Part shown: positions 16,401-30,200 of the stretch, piece by piece
How the letters are laid out: each line of letters opens with the position of its first letter
Position numbering within the stretch: position 1 is the first letter of the stretch
The notes under the pieces: generated by a model
Database searches by the model: none
What the model saw: the letters and a program-made list of their open reading frames with translations, nothing else
Told to the model about the DNA's origin: nothing
DNA from: Paramecium tetraurelia
Lineage: Eukaryota
Reading direction: 5' to 3'
Assembly: GCA_000165425.1 (NCBI GenBank)
Contig: CT868021.1
Coordinates: forward strand, 124,001 to 188,000
DNA: 64,000 nt
Program-made: the position numbers and the translations under genes

Positions 16401-18149
16401 AGTTTTAGTAAAGATTGAATCTTTCTCTGATGATCCAGTAAACAACTCAGCAAACACTAAGATATTGGGATTAGCCTTCCTTGCCTTCCTCATCATATAC
16501 TCTCTAATTTAAGATCAATTAAATCAATTACCCTACATTCATGGGTGTTGAATGGGCATTATCCAATCTCAACCCTGAGAATATCTTGGCCATCTATTGA
16601 ACATATTTCTTCATGTATTTCCACAATGCTGGGCTATCCTATTTCTTGTGTCCATATCTGAGTTTCACCAAATCACCCCAAATCACAATTGTCCTTCTCA
16701 AATAATGGTGTTCCTGATTCTCTGCAAAATTATTCAAAGGATCAAAGCCTTAAATCCATCCATTATTTGCCACATAACTCCCATTGCTTAATTTAGTGAA
16801 GTATCTGGGAACCAAGGAGTCTCCCTTGTCATTTACTTCCACAAAGGGCTTCTTCTGTGTCAACTTCCACCATGTGACCTACCCTTTTGTTGAATTCACA
16901 GCCTCCTTGATGTAGGACTCAGCTTCATTCCAGTATTGATGATTGTAATATTGCAACAATTCTTGAATGTATTCCAACGACACCTTCTTGTAATTCTCAT
17001 CCTTACTACCATTAATATTTAATACTTTACTTTAGAAATTCAACTATCACATCGTAATTTAAAGACACTCCATACTCTTTATACCCTTTCAGGATTGTCT
17101 CCTATCCTACCAACTGCAACATAATTTCACTTGCACTCTTGATGAAGATGTTCTGGTTCTCCTCCAATTATTCACTCTTGCTTTAAACTATCTTATTGCA
17201 TCTACTCTGTATTTCATTGATCACTGCATTCGTATTGAACTAAAAATATCCATGAATATTCAATTTCCTTATGTACTCATGTTCCAATATGTCCATTATT
17301 TGATTAAGATCCTCCTCATTATAAATAGTATTCCTTGGATACTGAGTCAACAATCCAGATCCTAACTTATTACTAAATTCAGCTATGGCACAATCTAATT
17401 TTATGGCTGCCTCTAAATGAGGGGAATTCTTCACATTATAAGTCGCATTCTCAAATTCTGATTGCACTAACCAACTCGAATCAAATGCTGTATGATTTAA
17501 CAAGATATCTATAAAAAAGTATGAATTTGGAAATTTATCAAAGAGTTATTTTAAATCATCATAAGTGTGAATCCCAAAAATATCAGTATTCAATTTCTGT
17601 TAATCGGCTATTGCATATAAACTGGGTGATTGACCCAATTGCTAAATAGGCGGAAAATGAAATGCTTCATAACCCAAATCGACTTGAGAACGAATTTACT
17701 TTTCATAATCTTTTCAAATTTACCCAAACAGTATGGTAGCAATGTTTATATAGTTACATCTTAGAGCTTCTCCACATCATTTGGTTAAACAATTATATGA
17801 TTCTCCACTCCCAATACTCTACAGAATTGTCTTAGGCGAAAAACCAACACAATCTCAAATAAGCTGCCCCAGCCAATGCAAACTCAACATCCACCTTCCA
17901 ATCCCCAGACGAATCGAGAGTAAACGCCTTAACCTCATGATGCAGTTGTATTTGTTTCAGAGTTAAATTCTCCATCTCATGTACATGCTTGTACCCTTTT
18001 TACATGATCAAGTACGGATGATAACCTTATTTGCGATTGCGAACAAAGATTCTTACTATCTAATTTTGACGTGCATAGATGGCCTTATCATGACTACCTT
18101 CAATCTCTCCCTATTAATTTAGTTCTAAAAAGTATCTCTCTTATTGCAT
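13469..18149 (-). CDS. AGL: glycogen debranching enzyme (4-alpha-glucanotransferase / amylo-1,6-glucosidase)
   Basis: [100 protein letters not shown]. Apparent frameshift near 17712. Confidence 0.93.
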
Positions 18150-18201
18150 TATTAATATTATTTGATTAATCGAATCTAGACGAATTTAAAATATATAATT
18201 T

Positions 18202-19501
18202 TCAACGATTTATACAACCAAGAGAAATCAAGACTCTTCTGAAGAAAGTTTGTTCTGGTTGTTCGTTTACTGGTTAAGGTTGATGGAAAACAAAATGGTG
18301 AGATCTTTGTTTCGACTCTTCCCATTCCTTGTTGTTGGTTTTCCTTTCAGAAACCACAGTTTGACAAGATTTCAAAGGAGAATGACTATATTCTTCCATC
18401 ATCAACATAGAGATGCTTCTGGAATTCAATTGGTCATTGTAAGATTTAGATTGTTACTTAGATAACATCCATTTATGATTGAGAATACCTTAAATCGAAG
18501 GTCTGTTAAATGGATTCGGCTGTAGAATCATCGCAATCAACGACTTGCAATCTTCACTCACGGATTCCTCGTATTTCAACTGCTACCCTGATAGAATTGC
18601 AACACACTTTTCCTGATCATTTTTCCCTGTAAATGGAGGCTTCCCTTGCACCATCTCATACAGCAGAACCCCCAAACACCAGATGTCCAATTTATAGTTC
18701 GTACTTTGAGACTTGATCATTTCCGGTGCCATGTATTCAATGGTCCCACAAAATGCCTTTTTCAGATTGTCCATCTCCGTAGACCATCCGAAATCGCATA
18801 TCTTTATGTTCCCCTTCGCATCCAACAGAAGGTTTTCAGGCTATTTACAATATATCAACATCACGCAACCTTTATATCACGATGGATAATCTTCATCTTG
18901 TGCAAGTACTCGATTCCCAAACAAGTCTAATAGAGATAATGATAGGCCTCATCCTCAGAAAGTCGACGCTGCTTCTTTATCCTTTTAAATAGAGAACCGC
19001 CTTCCGCATACTCCAGAATGAGATATACATTGGTCTTAAATTATAGATCGACCTTACCTTGTCCTCGAAATAACTATCCAGATCAATAATATGAGGGTGA
19101 TTCAATTTACGTTAAATTTTTATCTCCCTCTTCAAATTATCAATTGTGCAATACTTGAAGAGCTCCGCCTTCTTCATCTACGACATTAAACATTCAACAA
19201 TACAGCTTTCATTGCAAATAATTTCCCAGTCTAAATCTCCCTTACTAAAGTGACCCAACCAAAAGACCCTTATCCCAACGTTTATTGCATAGGCTAGAAA
19301 TCACTAATTTATCAGTCTCTAAATACCTATGGCTTCTCTTTTAAATAGTAGTTGATGATGTTTTGCTGCTTGATCCAGGCATATTCGTGCTAATATTATT
19401 TAATCAATGTACCAATTCGACCCATGTTTAGAAATCGAGGTGTTCAATTTTAAACTCCGACAATCACTAGTGGTCTCCGAAACTGCTTTATTAGAGTTCA
19501 T
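18202..19501 (-). CDS. Ser/Thr protein kinase, Aurora-like
   Basis: LGQGSFGWV, REIKIQRKLNHPHII, LEYAEGG, IHRDIK|PENLL, DFGWS, FCGTIEYMAPE, DIWCLG. At least three tiny introns; ends LGCINR*. Confidence 0.9.
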
Positions 19502-19927
19502 TAATATAAAAAATTATTTTTAAAACTCATAAGATCATCAAAAATCCCCCACTGAATCAAAATTATCAAACTTTCCCCTATAAATTCATCTACTAAAACC
19601 CTTTTATATAGGATAAATTACACTTCAACAATCATTCTAAGCTTACAACCAATAACGTTTATCTCATCTCTCTGTTTTTCCAAACTTGATCTTAATTCAA
19701 TTGATTTGTTGGCTACAACTTATCCAATTAAGTATAATATCGTCTCATACCACATTGCATAAGAATTATCGTATTATTTTAATATAAACAAAATTATCAA
19801 TTCAAGCTTACTGACTTAAGAAAAAAACTAAATTTCTTTTAGTAAAATCTCATTAAAATGTAATGAATTAATCTAATTTTTGCACATTATTTCGATGAAG
19901 AAGTGAAAAATTCAATTGCTTTATAAT

Positions 19928-19964
19928 TTATTTTAGATTATTCTGATTATTTTAGATTATTCTG
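19928..19964 (+). repeat. short tandem duplication (TTATTTTAGATTATTCTG x2, period 19)
   Basis: Exact 18-mer at 19928-19945 and 19947-19964 in intergenic DNA. Confidence 0.7.
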
Positions 19965-20095
19965 GTTGTTTTGAGAGTCAATAGATTACTTTTTGAATTT
20001 GTAAAAATTATAAATATACTATAAAATCACTTAATTATTGAGGTAGTCGAATTCGAGGTAATAAATAATTATTATATTTAAATATAGCAAAATTA

Positions 20096-21218
20096 TCAAA
20101 TAACTTAGTTATTGTCTGATTTTGATGAAAATAATCGACTTATTATCTTAGTTTGAGGAGTTCTTTGCAGAAAATTCTTTGGTTTCTATGAACCTCCAGT
20201 TGATTGAAATGCAAATTATTGTTTAGTGCTTGCTTGAGGGGATTGTATTTGTGGTAATTGATTAAATTGATCTGGCTTATCCATACTCATGAGTTTGTAT
20301 GCTTGTTTAATTTAATTTTGAGATTCTTGAGAGTCTCTTAAATGTTCCTATGCAGTTCTTGATTTTCTAGACACATCATCATTCGGTAGATTGAAATTAA
20401 TAAATTCATTGACAGGAGTGATGGTTTATTTCGAGGAATTTGTTCTTAAAGCTGTCTCCTATTGGGATTATTGTCCGATAGAACCATACCCAATAAGTTG
20501 ATTATTGTAAATTTTTTTTGTTTAATTAATTCGGGGTAAAAATGCAGTTGAATTGGATTTTTGCATTTATTCACTATTATATTGAGATTGTCTGCTATCT
20601 AATAAGGATTTTTGATAAGATGGATATTCGGGTTTAACAAAGTCTTCAGTTTGTTTGGTTGGGATGTGTTTTCGAACAGGCTACAGATCAGCCATGCTGA
20701 TGTTAAATTCATTGTCTGAAATTTTGAGAGGTTGGCCAAACTTGATATTTGCATTTCTTTGGAAGCCTGGTGCAACAGAATTATTCTAGACTATATTAAT
20801 TTATTCATTGTTTGTTTTGGGTTGAGGTGGTGAAAATGGTTTAACAGAAGGAACTTTAATTAATTTAGGAGGAGAGCTAATTAGAGATCATTCCATACCC
20901 AAATTTATGCATGACAGGAGTAATGTGATTATTTTATGCAAACTATTTAGTAGATTTAGTCAGAGTGACTTTTTTCAAAGTTTGAGATGGTCTCTTTTCA
21001 CTGTTTATCTGAGGTTACAAATTCTTTTTGCCTTCTGAACTAAGCTTGAATGCTTATTCTTTTGGTGATTTGAAGGGCACTCTTTATATTTGTTTTTATT
21101 AAAATTTAATGGATTATCCCAATGAGCTTAATTGGGGATTAAAAAATTAGGCAGTTTACTTCATCTCCTATTACAAACGACTATCATCAAATGATGCTTA
21201 ATCTTGGTGATTCATCAT
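20096..21218 (-). CDS. hypothetical low-complexity (S/P/Q/N-rich) protein
   Basis: ATG21218 (MMNHQDQA). C-terminus TGGSQKPKNFLQRTPQTKIISRLFSSKSDNNQVI*. Confidence 0.65.
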
Positions 21219-21440
21219 TTGTTTTAAATAATTATTTATTTATTTATCAATAACAATTATTCACGCAAGTCGGAATAAGATATATCATATTTTTACTATA
21301 ACTTCATCCCTATCAAATAATCTCCTTGCAGAATCTCAGTATACCTCAACAGACTCCTGTTACTCCAGCAAATAACAATGAATCTGAAGGGTGATTGGAA
21401 ACGGAGAGACAAATATTTTGATGAAATAATTAAATTTGTT

Positions 21441-23022
21441 TCATTCATAATTGGTCACGGTCAAAGAGATTGTTGTTCTTTCTTTGATATTATCAGGCAA
21501 TACAACCACATAGTATGACTTGCTTATAGCTTCCAAGGTGCATCCAGCACAATTTCTATTAATTGAAATAATCATTACTCGAAGTGGACGTAAACCTCAT
21601 CGAAATAAAACTCTCTGGACAAGAACAACTCTGTTTGTTTTCCATTGCATTTCTTGCTGACAGACCAATCTAAGTCCAAGAAATGAGAGTTCTCATCAAC
21701 TACATTGAAGGTGGAACTGTTGGGACTACCACATATCTTAGTCACGTATGGTCTACTAAGAGTCTTGACTTTGTTTGTGTATAGTTATCCAAACTCATCA
21801 TAGAAGGACTCTATCTATCCAGGATGAGCTTGAGTTGTGACGTCAGCATAATACTTAAATTCCCAATAAGCCCAAGAAGTGAATTTGGATTCCATTAAGT
21901 CTAATAGGTAATCTAGTTCCTTGTTTCCTTTTGGAGTATCAAGAATAGCTCCGAATTCAGTCAAAAATTTGCCAACTCCTAAATGCTTGGCAACACCCTC
22001 TTTGGTTGCAAAGAAGAATGAATCCATGTAATTGCATACTTTCTCATTCTTTGGAATACTGTAATCATCAACATTAAAGCAATAAATGTGATAACTGTAC
22101 ACTTCTCTATCATTGTATTCTTCACCTCCTGGAGTATCTTTAAATCCAGCACCTATAAGATCAGTGGTTCCTGGTTCAAAGAAGATTATCTTCTTATCAT
22201 CAAACTTTCTGATTTCCTTATGCACTTTTCTGTAAAGAGGCAAAAGATTGTGATTATTACCATAATTGGGGAACAAGAATTCTCTAATGCTATGGTATAT
22301 AGATCCTTGAATTGGCTCATTGATAATTTCATATCCTATGACATTCTTGTGATCTTTAAAGTAATTAGCAACAACACCCCAGTATTCAGCAAATGAATCT
22401 GCTATTCCATCCTTATTGTCAAAAAGATTTTAGAATGTTTTAGAAGCTTCGGCTGTTACATAATAAAGAGCGAATTTCTTCTTTAAACAATCCTCAATGA
22501 TAGGAACTCCTTCCTCATCGGTGTGTATCTTAGAGAATACATAAGGATATGGGAACTTAAATGCCTTTGCCTTAGTTCTGGCAATTGTCCAATCAGGGAA
22601 TCCATTTCCACAAAAGAATCTATTCAATACATCTTAATGGGAGTCCAACAACACTGTTATTCCTTTGGCTTCACACCTCTTTACTATTTTGTCGATTTCC
22701 TCTAAATAGGTGTAATTGTATTATCCCCTAACTGGTTCGACTCCCTCCCATGCCACGTGCAATCTAATGAATGTCATTCCCCAAGAGATCAAATTATCCA
22801 AATCGAAATCGGATAGTGAATCATTGGGATCAAATCCTTCTGATACTGGTGGATAAAATGGGGGCAATTTGTAAACAACATTTACACTAATTATGATTAT
22901 AAGGTTTACCCATGAAATACTCGTCTTAAACCATCGGAATCCACGATGAATTGATCATTTGTGTTCACACTGAATGATGATGACACAAAAACAAGATAGA
23001 ACAATAATATGCAATATTTCAT
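21441..23022 (-). CDS. secreted GH5 glycoside hydrolase, endoglycoceramidase-like
   Basis: Signal peptide MKYCILLFYLVFVSS, then RRVFHG|VNVVYK, IRLHVAWEGVEP, DSHQD, catalytic GYEIINEP, YSYHIYC, nucleophile FLTEFG and LSRPY. Intron 22887-22909. Confidence 0.88.
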
Positions 23023-23114
23023 TTTATTATTTAATTAAAGAAGCACTCATTACAGCATATGCCAATAAAAAACAGTCTTAATTTACAAACACAATTGTTT
23101 ATAAAATCATTAAA

Positions 23115-24889
23115 TCACTTAGATCCCATCTCATTCAACATGTTCTATAATCATAATAAAAACTCCTCTAGTACTTGACATTAAGCCAAAAGCATTTGCA
23201 TCAATTCAAACTAATTTTTTTGCCCATTAAGGAACTCAGAAGTCCTGCTTAATTATTGATTTCCACTTTTGGGAGATGAGGCCTTACTTACCAACTTATT
23301 AGATAATTGACTCTACTATAAAAATTCTTGGCCTGAATCATATATCATATTCTCTGAATAACTCGATATCGCATTTAACTTAGCATTCACAGTGTTTTCC
23401 AAAAATAAAATCTCCTTCTACATTTGTTGCACCTCCTTTCCATTGTCATCTTAAGATATAGTAACTATTCTCTCAACAATTTACTTGTATTACTTACCAA
23501 AAAATAAGGCATCTTCTAATAATTGGTTCTACATTGATATACAAATATTTTTACAATTATAGAGGATTTTTCATTTAATTCTATTTTTAATTGTTTAATC
23601 TCATTATCTTTAATTTATTGTAGTTGATTACATTATTACTAATAGGAAGAATAAGTTTCATTCTAATATTAATCAAACTGCGACTTTATTTAATCGTGAA
23701 CCACCTAGTTGATATAAGATAACTACTTGGTATTTCTCAAGATTTTATTTGAGTGTCGTATTTTCCAATTCAAAATCATGGTAAAGATTAAAATAATGAT
23801 CTTTTTCTTCTAAACAAAGCTGGTTACTTGACTTTAAAAGTTCATATTGCTTTTTTAATTGCTCTAACTATAAAATAAATATTAATTATAGTATACTTCA
23901 TCAGTTTTAGATTGCAATTAAGAAATGATAGATTCAATTTAAGCATTTAACTCCGAAATTGAAAGAATTTATTATTTATTATTATTTTATAATTTCAAAA
24001 TTTAGTCATTTAAGGAGGTAATAATTTTAGATTTCTATTCCAACTCATCAATTTGGTATTTGATTATCTTTTATTATCCATTATTTAAATGATGATTAGA
24101 ATTAGTACTAATTTCAGTAGCAAGTATATTTTAATGGTATGCTGCTTTGTTATTCTCTAAATTACAGCTACCGAATTCACGATGATGTGATGGTTTCTTG
24201 ATAGTTTTAACAGGACTATTGGGTTGAGGCTTAAAGGAATTTTAAATTTTGATCAATTAATTATTAAGGATATCCATTTAAGGATTAATGTGCTATTTAG
24301 ATTTGATTTTTTCTATGATTTCATAAATGATTATGACAATGTCCTTGACCATGCTTTGGAATTGTTATTTGTACTCTGGAACTGGTTCTTGCTAATTATT
24401 GGGGGTTTCTTGGTTCAATTCTAATATCAAAAGATAGATCATATATTTGAGTAGAATAAGATCGGTGCATCTATAAAAATCAAAGCAAATTGTTGAATTG
24501 TCAAGACAAAAGAGTTTCATTTTTGTTAAAACTGCTGCAAATATGTTGTGATCATGGTCTTTGGCATATTTAAGTTGTTTGAGCTTTTTATCAATGTGGG
24601 TTAAGGATGATATTTAGATAGGCGGGTTGGCATGTTGAAAGTGTTGAATTTCTAGGGGGTTTTCAATTTGGGCGAATGAGGTGTGCTTATCCATTTCTCT
24701 GACAATGCGGTCAGTCAACTATCCGACATCACATTGTTTGATTTGAAGGTAGGGGATTGTCGATGGAGCATGGAGGAATTAGTTGATTTCTGAATGTTTT
24801 GGTGAATGTGAGTGCTGGATGGTTTTCTTTTGAGTTAAATGCAAATTTTGAAGTTTTTGAAGCAACTAATTGCTAGAGGGTGAGTTCAT
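23115..24889 (-). CDS. hypothetical coiled-coil protein
   Basis: ATG24889 (MNSPSSNQLLQK). Q/E/K-rich heptad-like code-6 frame, intron near 23870-23896, ends MLNEMGSK*. Confidence 0.65.
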
Positions 24890-24950
24890 TATAATTAACA
24901 GATATTTATACTTGGCTTAATGTAAAATCTTAAATTATTAATAAATTAAA

Positions 24951-27214
24951 ATGAGAGTTCTCTTCTGCATAGCATTGCTTTTAGTTGTAAGTGGGGCAGT
25001 GGTAGTCACATGCCCATCAAATGGATATGGTTGTGTCACATATGGAGCCAATATAGCTAGATAGACAACAAGGACAAATTCATTGTGCAGAAATGGTATT
25101 CTATATTATGATCATTATAGGGTATTATTGGAACAACCAAGCATGCATGCCATGCAAAAACGCTGATGCAGTATTGGGTGGTTATTACACCTGTAGTGCT
25201 TATTATGAGGCAACCTCTTTGACATGTACATCTGGTTATACATTAATAAATGGGTAATGCAGCAATATTTATTTTAAGTGTTTGTATTCCTATACCTTAT
25301 GGTTGTACTACTTATGGTTTAAACTAAAACTAAGATGCTTATGTGTGCACAGCTTGCAACTCCGATTACACACTTAAAGGAGGTGTATGTATCAATAATA
25401 GATATTGTTCATCATGGGATGAAAATGCAGTTTGCACAACATGCTAGACTGGATACTTTTTAAATTGGGACTTGAAATTCACTTTAACAACCTCAGGCTC
25501 TAACAATTAAACTGATTGGATCTCAGCCTGGTAAACATACTATAGATTCCCTGGAGAATCATTTTGCAGTGTCTGTTCATAGACAATGGCCAATTGCAAG
25601 TCATGTAATTCAGCGTAATTATATATATCGATATTTTATAGTTATACTTGTTCATAATGTAATGATGGTTATTATTGGTAATAATCAACAAGCAGTACCT
25701 AATTGACATCCTCCAATGCATAGTTTGCAGGTGCCTGTGTCAGTTGTCTCACAAGTGGATATTGTGCTACTTGTCAAGGCTCAAATTGTACTCAATGCAG
25801 AACTGGTTATTTCCCAACTAAAGATACAACCAACACTATCATTTTATCTTGTAATGCATGCCCAACTGGATGTACATCATGTACTTCATCAACATAATGC
25901 ACTGATTGCGTTACCTCATACTACAAATATACAGATAACTTATGTTATCCTCTCAATAAGTGTGCTTCAATCAACACCTAATTAACAACATCTGGAGCAA
26001 ATCCAAAGTGTTCTTCTTGTATTGCTGGATATGCCTTAGACCCAAGTGGTTCAGGTATTTGCTATTAATGTGGAAATTGTGATAGTTGCACAGTTCCATC
26101 TGGATAATAAACAGCTGGTTTATAAACATCATGTACTACTTGCTGGGACACGTATAATATTATCAATATACTCTAGATATTATGGTGTAAAGGATTCAAA
26201 TGGTATAGTTACTTGTAAACCATGCACACAAGCATCAGATTCATTCTTGAGATGTCAAGGACCTGTTGAAAATTCATCACTTACTAGTGTTGTACCAACT
26301 CAATGCTAAGATGGATATTATTTATATACTCTACCTGCCGTAGGTACTACAGCAGCTTAAACTATTTGTGTTCCATCTACTCAAAACTTACAATGTGTAA
26401 CCATCGTAGCAACTAGTGCCACTCAATACACTTGTGCAACATGTACCTCATAAAGTAAATTATATAACAACGCAAATTGTTTGGTTTGTAATCCAACCCT
26501 GACTTCCTCATTACCTCAAGGATGTACAGCATGTTCTGGATCTCCAAGCAATTCAATAACTTGCAGTGCTTGTGCAGTTAACTATTTTTACTCGACTGGT
26601 ACTACCACAACATGTACTGCTTGTGATTAAAATTGTATTTAATGTGGATCAGGTCCAACTTGTACCAAGTGTGCAATAACCTACTATGTATCTGGTGCTG
26701 GATGCACACAATGTGGAGTTGCTAATTTGTGCCACTTGTACTGCTCAAAGTCCTAACACATGCTAAGTGTGTTTAGATGGATATTTCTTATCCAGCATCA
26801 ACACAGGCACAGGATCCACTTCTTATTGTTTGAAGTGTCCTGCTGAATGTGCAACTTGTTCTGCTCCAGGTTAAGTTTGTAATTCTTGTATCTCTGGTTA
26901 CGTACTCTCAAATGGAGGCTGTATTTCTTTAAGTTAGGCAAATTGTGCTGAAGGATATATTACTTCAACATTGAACAATGAATAGTACCCATCCACCCAA
27001 AACGGATGTGCTATATGTAAATATGGATTTTACAACTTTGAAAAAAGATGTCTCCAATCTGTCCAACCATATGCAGGAGTACTATATATTAATTACTATT
27101 TCTTAGTCTGTTTATACCACAACGAATATCGGAATTGGTTCAAACCCAGGTACATCTTCTTACCAGACCATCATGTATTCAATATTCTTGGTCATCATGT
27201 TGCTTGGATATTGA
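24951..27214 (+). CDS. Cys-rich (CxxC / furin-like repeat) surface protein, probably GPI-anchored
   Basis: Signal peptide MRVLFCIALLLVVSGA. Many CxxC..C..GY[YF] repeats, T/S-rich, hydrophobic C-terminus IMYSIFLVIMLLGY*. Several introns; apparent +1 frameshift near 26727. Confidence 0.85.
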
Positions 27215-27229
27215 TTTATTAATATAATT

Positions 27230-30200
27230 ATGGAAGATCAATTAGAACTAACTTCTTAATGGGGTTTCTACGAGATGTGCACCAAAAAGAACAACAAGTT
27301 GCCATGTCTTATACCATAGACCATCATCTTCGATAAGCTTATGCCTAAGGTTTGGCTCTTCAATCCCAAAAACACTCAAGTGGTCATGAAAAAGAATTCT
27401 GACAAACTCTCTAACCTCGAAATTGCCAAGGCTTTGCTTGGTATGAAATTCCCTAAGGACATTAAGATAGACACGCTGACTCAATTGGTTGAGCAAGCAA
27501 GACAGTGTGCTCAATTCAAAGAAGTACTATTTTCTTTTATAATGTCAAAGGAAACTCCAATAGCATTTTTGCAAATGAAAAGGAATGAGGGTGTACCTAT
27601 GAATCGATAAGAGTTATTGCAATTCTTTGTTGAAGGCAAAGATCTCTCATCTTTGGCATACATGCAATAGTACATTGAAAATCAAAGTAGCTAGATTAAT
27701 AGTTTGCAGATGAAGTCTACTATGTCGAGTACCATTATGATGTTGATTTCATTCCAATCACTTTCAAGTTTTTCAAGAAGACTCTCACAATCAAAAGAGT
27801 GAACAAAAGTACAACTGCTAAATCCAGCAATCCTTTCCAAACACTCTTGATGCCAGTCCAAAGTAGTGGTTAAATTCCAGTCAGACAATAGGAGGTTTAG
27901 AAAGTGCAGACCATGTTCAAATATTGCAATTCTACTCTGAATCAACGCTTCCAAGAAGTATCTATATCATTTACTGATTCCAAAAGGAGACAAAAAAGAT
28001 AGCATTTTACATCGAAAAGGTGTTCAAAGTCAAAATACGCAAATTCACTCCCAAGTTCATTGTTGATCAAAGAGAACAGATCTATTTCGCTGGGATCAAA
28101 TAGATCTCTATTTAAATCCAAAGTGGAGGTATCTTTTAGTTTCATATGCAGCACCGTATCAGAGGGGTTTGAGAGACGAAATAGCTAGCAATGGTTAATT
28201 TGATAATTTCATGATGGCCTGCAAATAATTCAGGTTGGATAAGAATGCAAACAATGAATTCAAAAAGTACCCCAAATAGATTGTAGAGGAGGACAAGAAA
28301 TTGAGCAAAACTCTCTACAAGCACTTAATACTTGAGAGATGCCAAGGGGATTTTTGCAATTATAAATTAATAGAAAAAAACAAGTATTTCGATAAATTTA
28401 TATCAAAGAGGACCTTTGCAATTAAGGAAAGGTCTATTGGAAACATATAAGAACGTGTTTAAGGAGTCCAAATAGACAGTCAGTAATATGAGTACCAATT
28501 TACCTTATGAAATCTCGTTGTAATTGATAGTGCGTACAAGAGATGATCATAAGGAAGTCATAGAACTTTTTAAAAAATACAAAATTCATTTAGAAAATTA
28601 CAATCCAGAAGAGCATCCAGAAATTAAAGACGAATAACAGCATCCATTCAGCAAAGAGAATTCAGACGTTCAAGCATTAATTAATCTATACAAATCAGTC
28701 AAAATTTGTAAGAACTGCTTCATAATCTATTCGATGATTTAAAGACACTTTGAATCTTAACTCAAAAAAGACATTAAAAACGGAGTCTAATTTATCAATG
28801 AAAAGAAGACTCCCTCTTTATAAATAGACGAAGAAGCTGAAAGACGTAGAAAGAGAGATGAAAACATTCTCAAAAGGCAGGAGAAACTATAAATGAAGCC
28901 ATCAACATCAACGAAATCTTTTAGAATATTCAGAGCTCCAACACAAAAGAAGAATTTTCTAATTACTTCCATACCTGAGAGTAGAAGCTCTTAAACAGCA
29001 TCGCCTTAAAAGTTTAGAGATGTTTGCAAGTAAATAGAAATTAATAGATTAACATTGGGTTATTTGAATTATTAAAAATTGGAGTAATTTTAAAAGCCAA
29101 GTCAGATGGAACAATCTCAAGAATTTAGAAATGAGTCTTATAATTTAATAGACCTGCTTGCAGAACAGAAAGCACCGAATGTTAGAAGAATAGACACAAG
29201 CCAATAGGAGAATAAGGAGTTGCAAGGGAGAGCAGAGGAGATTAAGAAGATGCTGGTTAAGACTTCTAAAAAGGAGCAGGAATGTAGAGCTATACAGAAG
29301 GAATACTATAATGAAAAGATATAGGAAGGTGTTTAATAGATCTTACTTTCAACTTCGTCTCATTATTATTATCATGTTAATTTTGATATAGTAAGGAAAT
29401 TGTATCAATTCTAATTAAGTACTCCGATGTAAGCTTTATCATATGATTTGAAATATGATCAATTAAGAGCATTATAAATTGAAGAAGTCTGTGAGATGAT
29501 GAAATACCCACCTCCTTGTTTTGATATTACACAATTGGAGTATTTGGTAGTTGATTCTCAGACTGCTGTTCCTTATGCTTTATTTGAGAGTAACATAACC
29601 AAGAAGAAGGAGAAGAGTTCTCAATCAGGAATAGATTTGATAATCATACTCCACGACATGTTCGAATCCTTTTTTGAGTATTCACATCAATTATATCTTA
29701 GATACTATCCAATCATAGTGGATTTGATCAATGAAGCCTAAAATAAGAAGGTACTGCTCTTAAACACTCCTGGATAAGCCTACACCTTATTCAATAAGAA
29801 GCAAGCATACACAAACATCTATATAGCAGGCATCTTAGATTAAATACTCTATGAATTATCTACCAAGGGCAAAATCGACTTACAAACTGATACATTAAAG
29901 ATCTTGGGAGTGGGATCAGGAGGATTTCATGCTTAAGCATTCAGTAAGACATTATTCAAATCTAATTAGTTGTACAATCCCAAAATACAATTCAATTCAG
30001 TCAGATTGCTTTTGTAAATTCATACACATCCATATACCCTTAATTAAGAAGCTTCTTTGGTCAATCGATCAAAATATTCGAATCTCAACCTGCCGATATG
30101 CCAGAACTTGCCTGACATTGAATACACTAATACGATTATGAATACTCAACCAATTTCTGAAGATCTGCTTTCTTGTGTGTTGCAGCAGAATCCAATCAAT

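Noticed and set aside
19928..19964. Direct repeat as a CRISPR array or transposon end
   Set aside because: Only two adjacent AT-rich copies, with no spacers and no transposase nearby.
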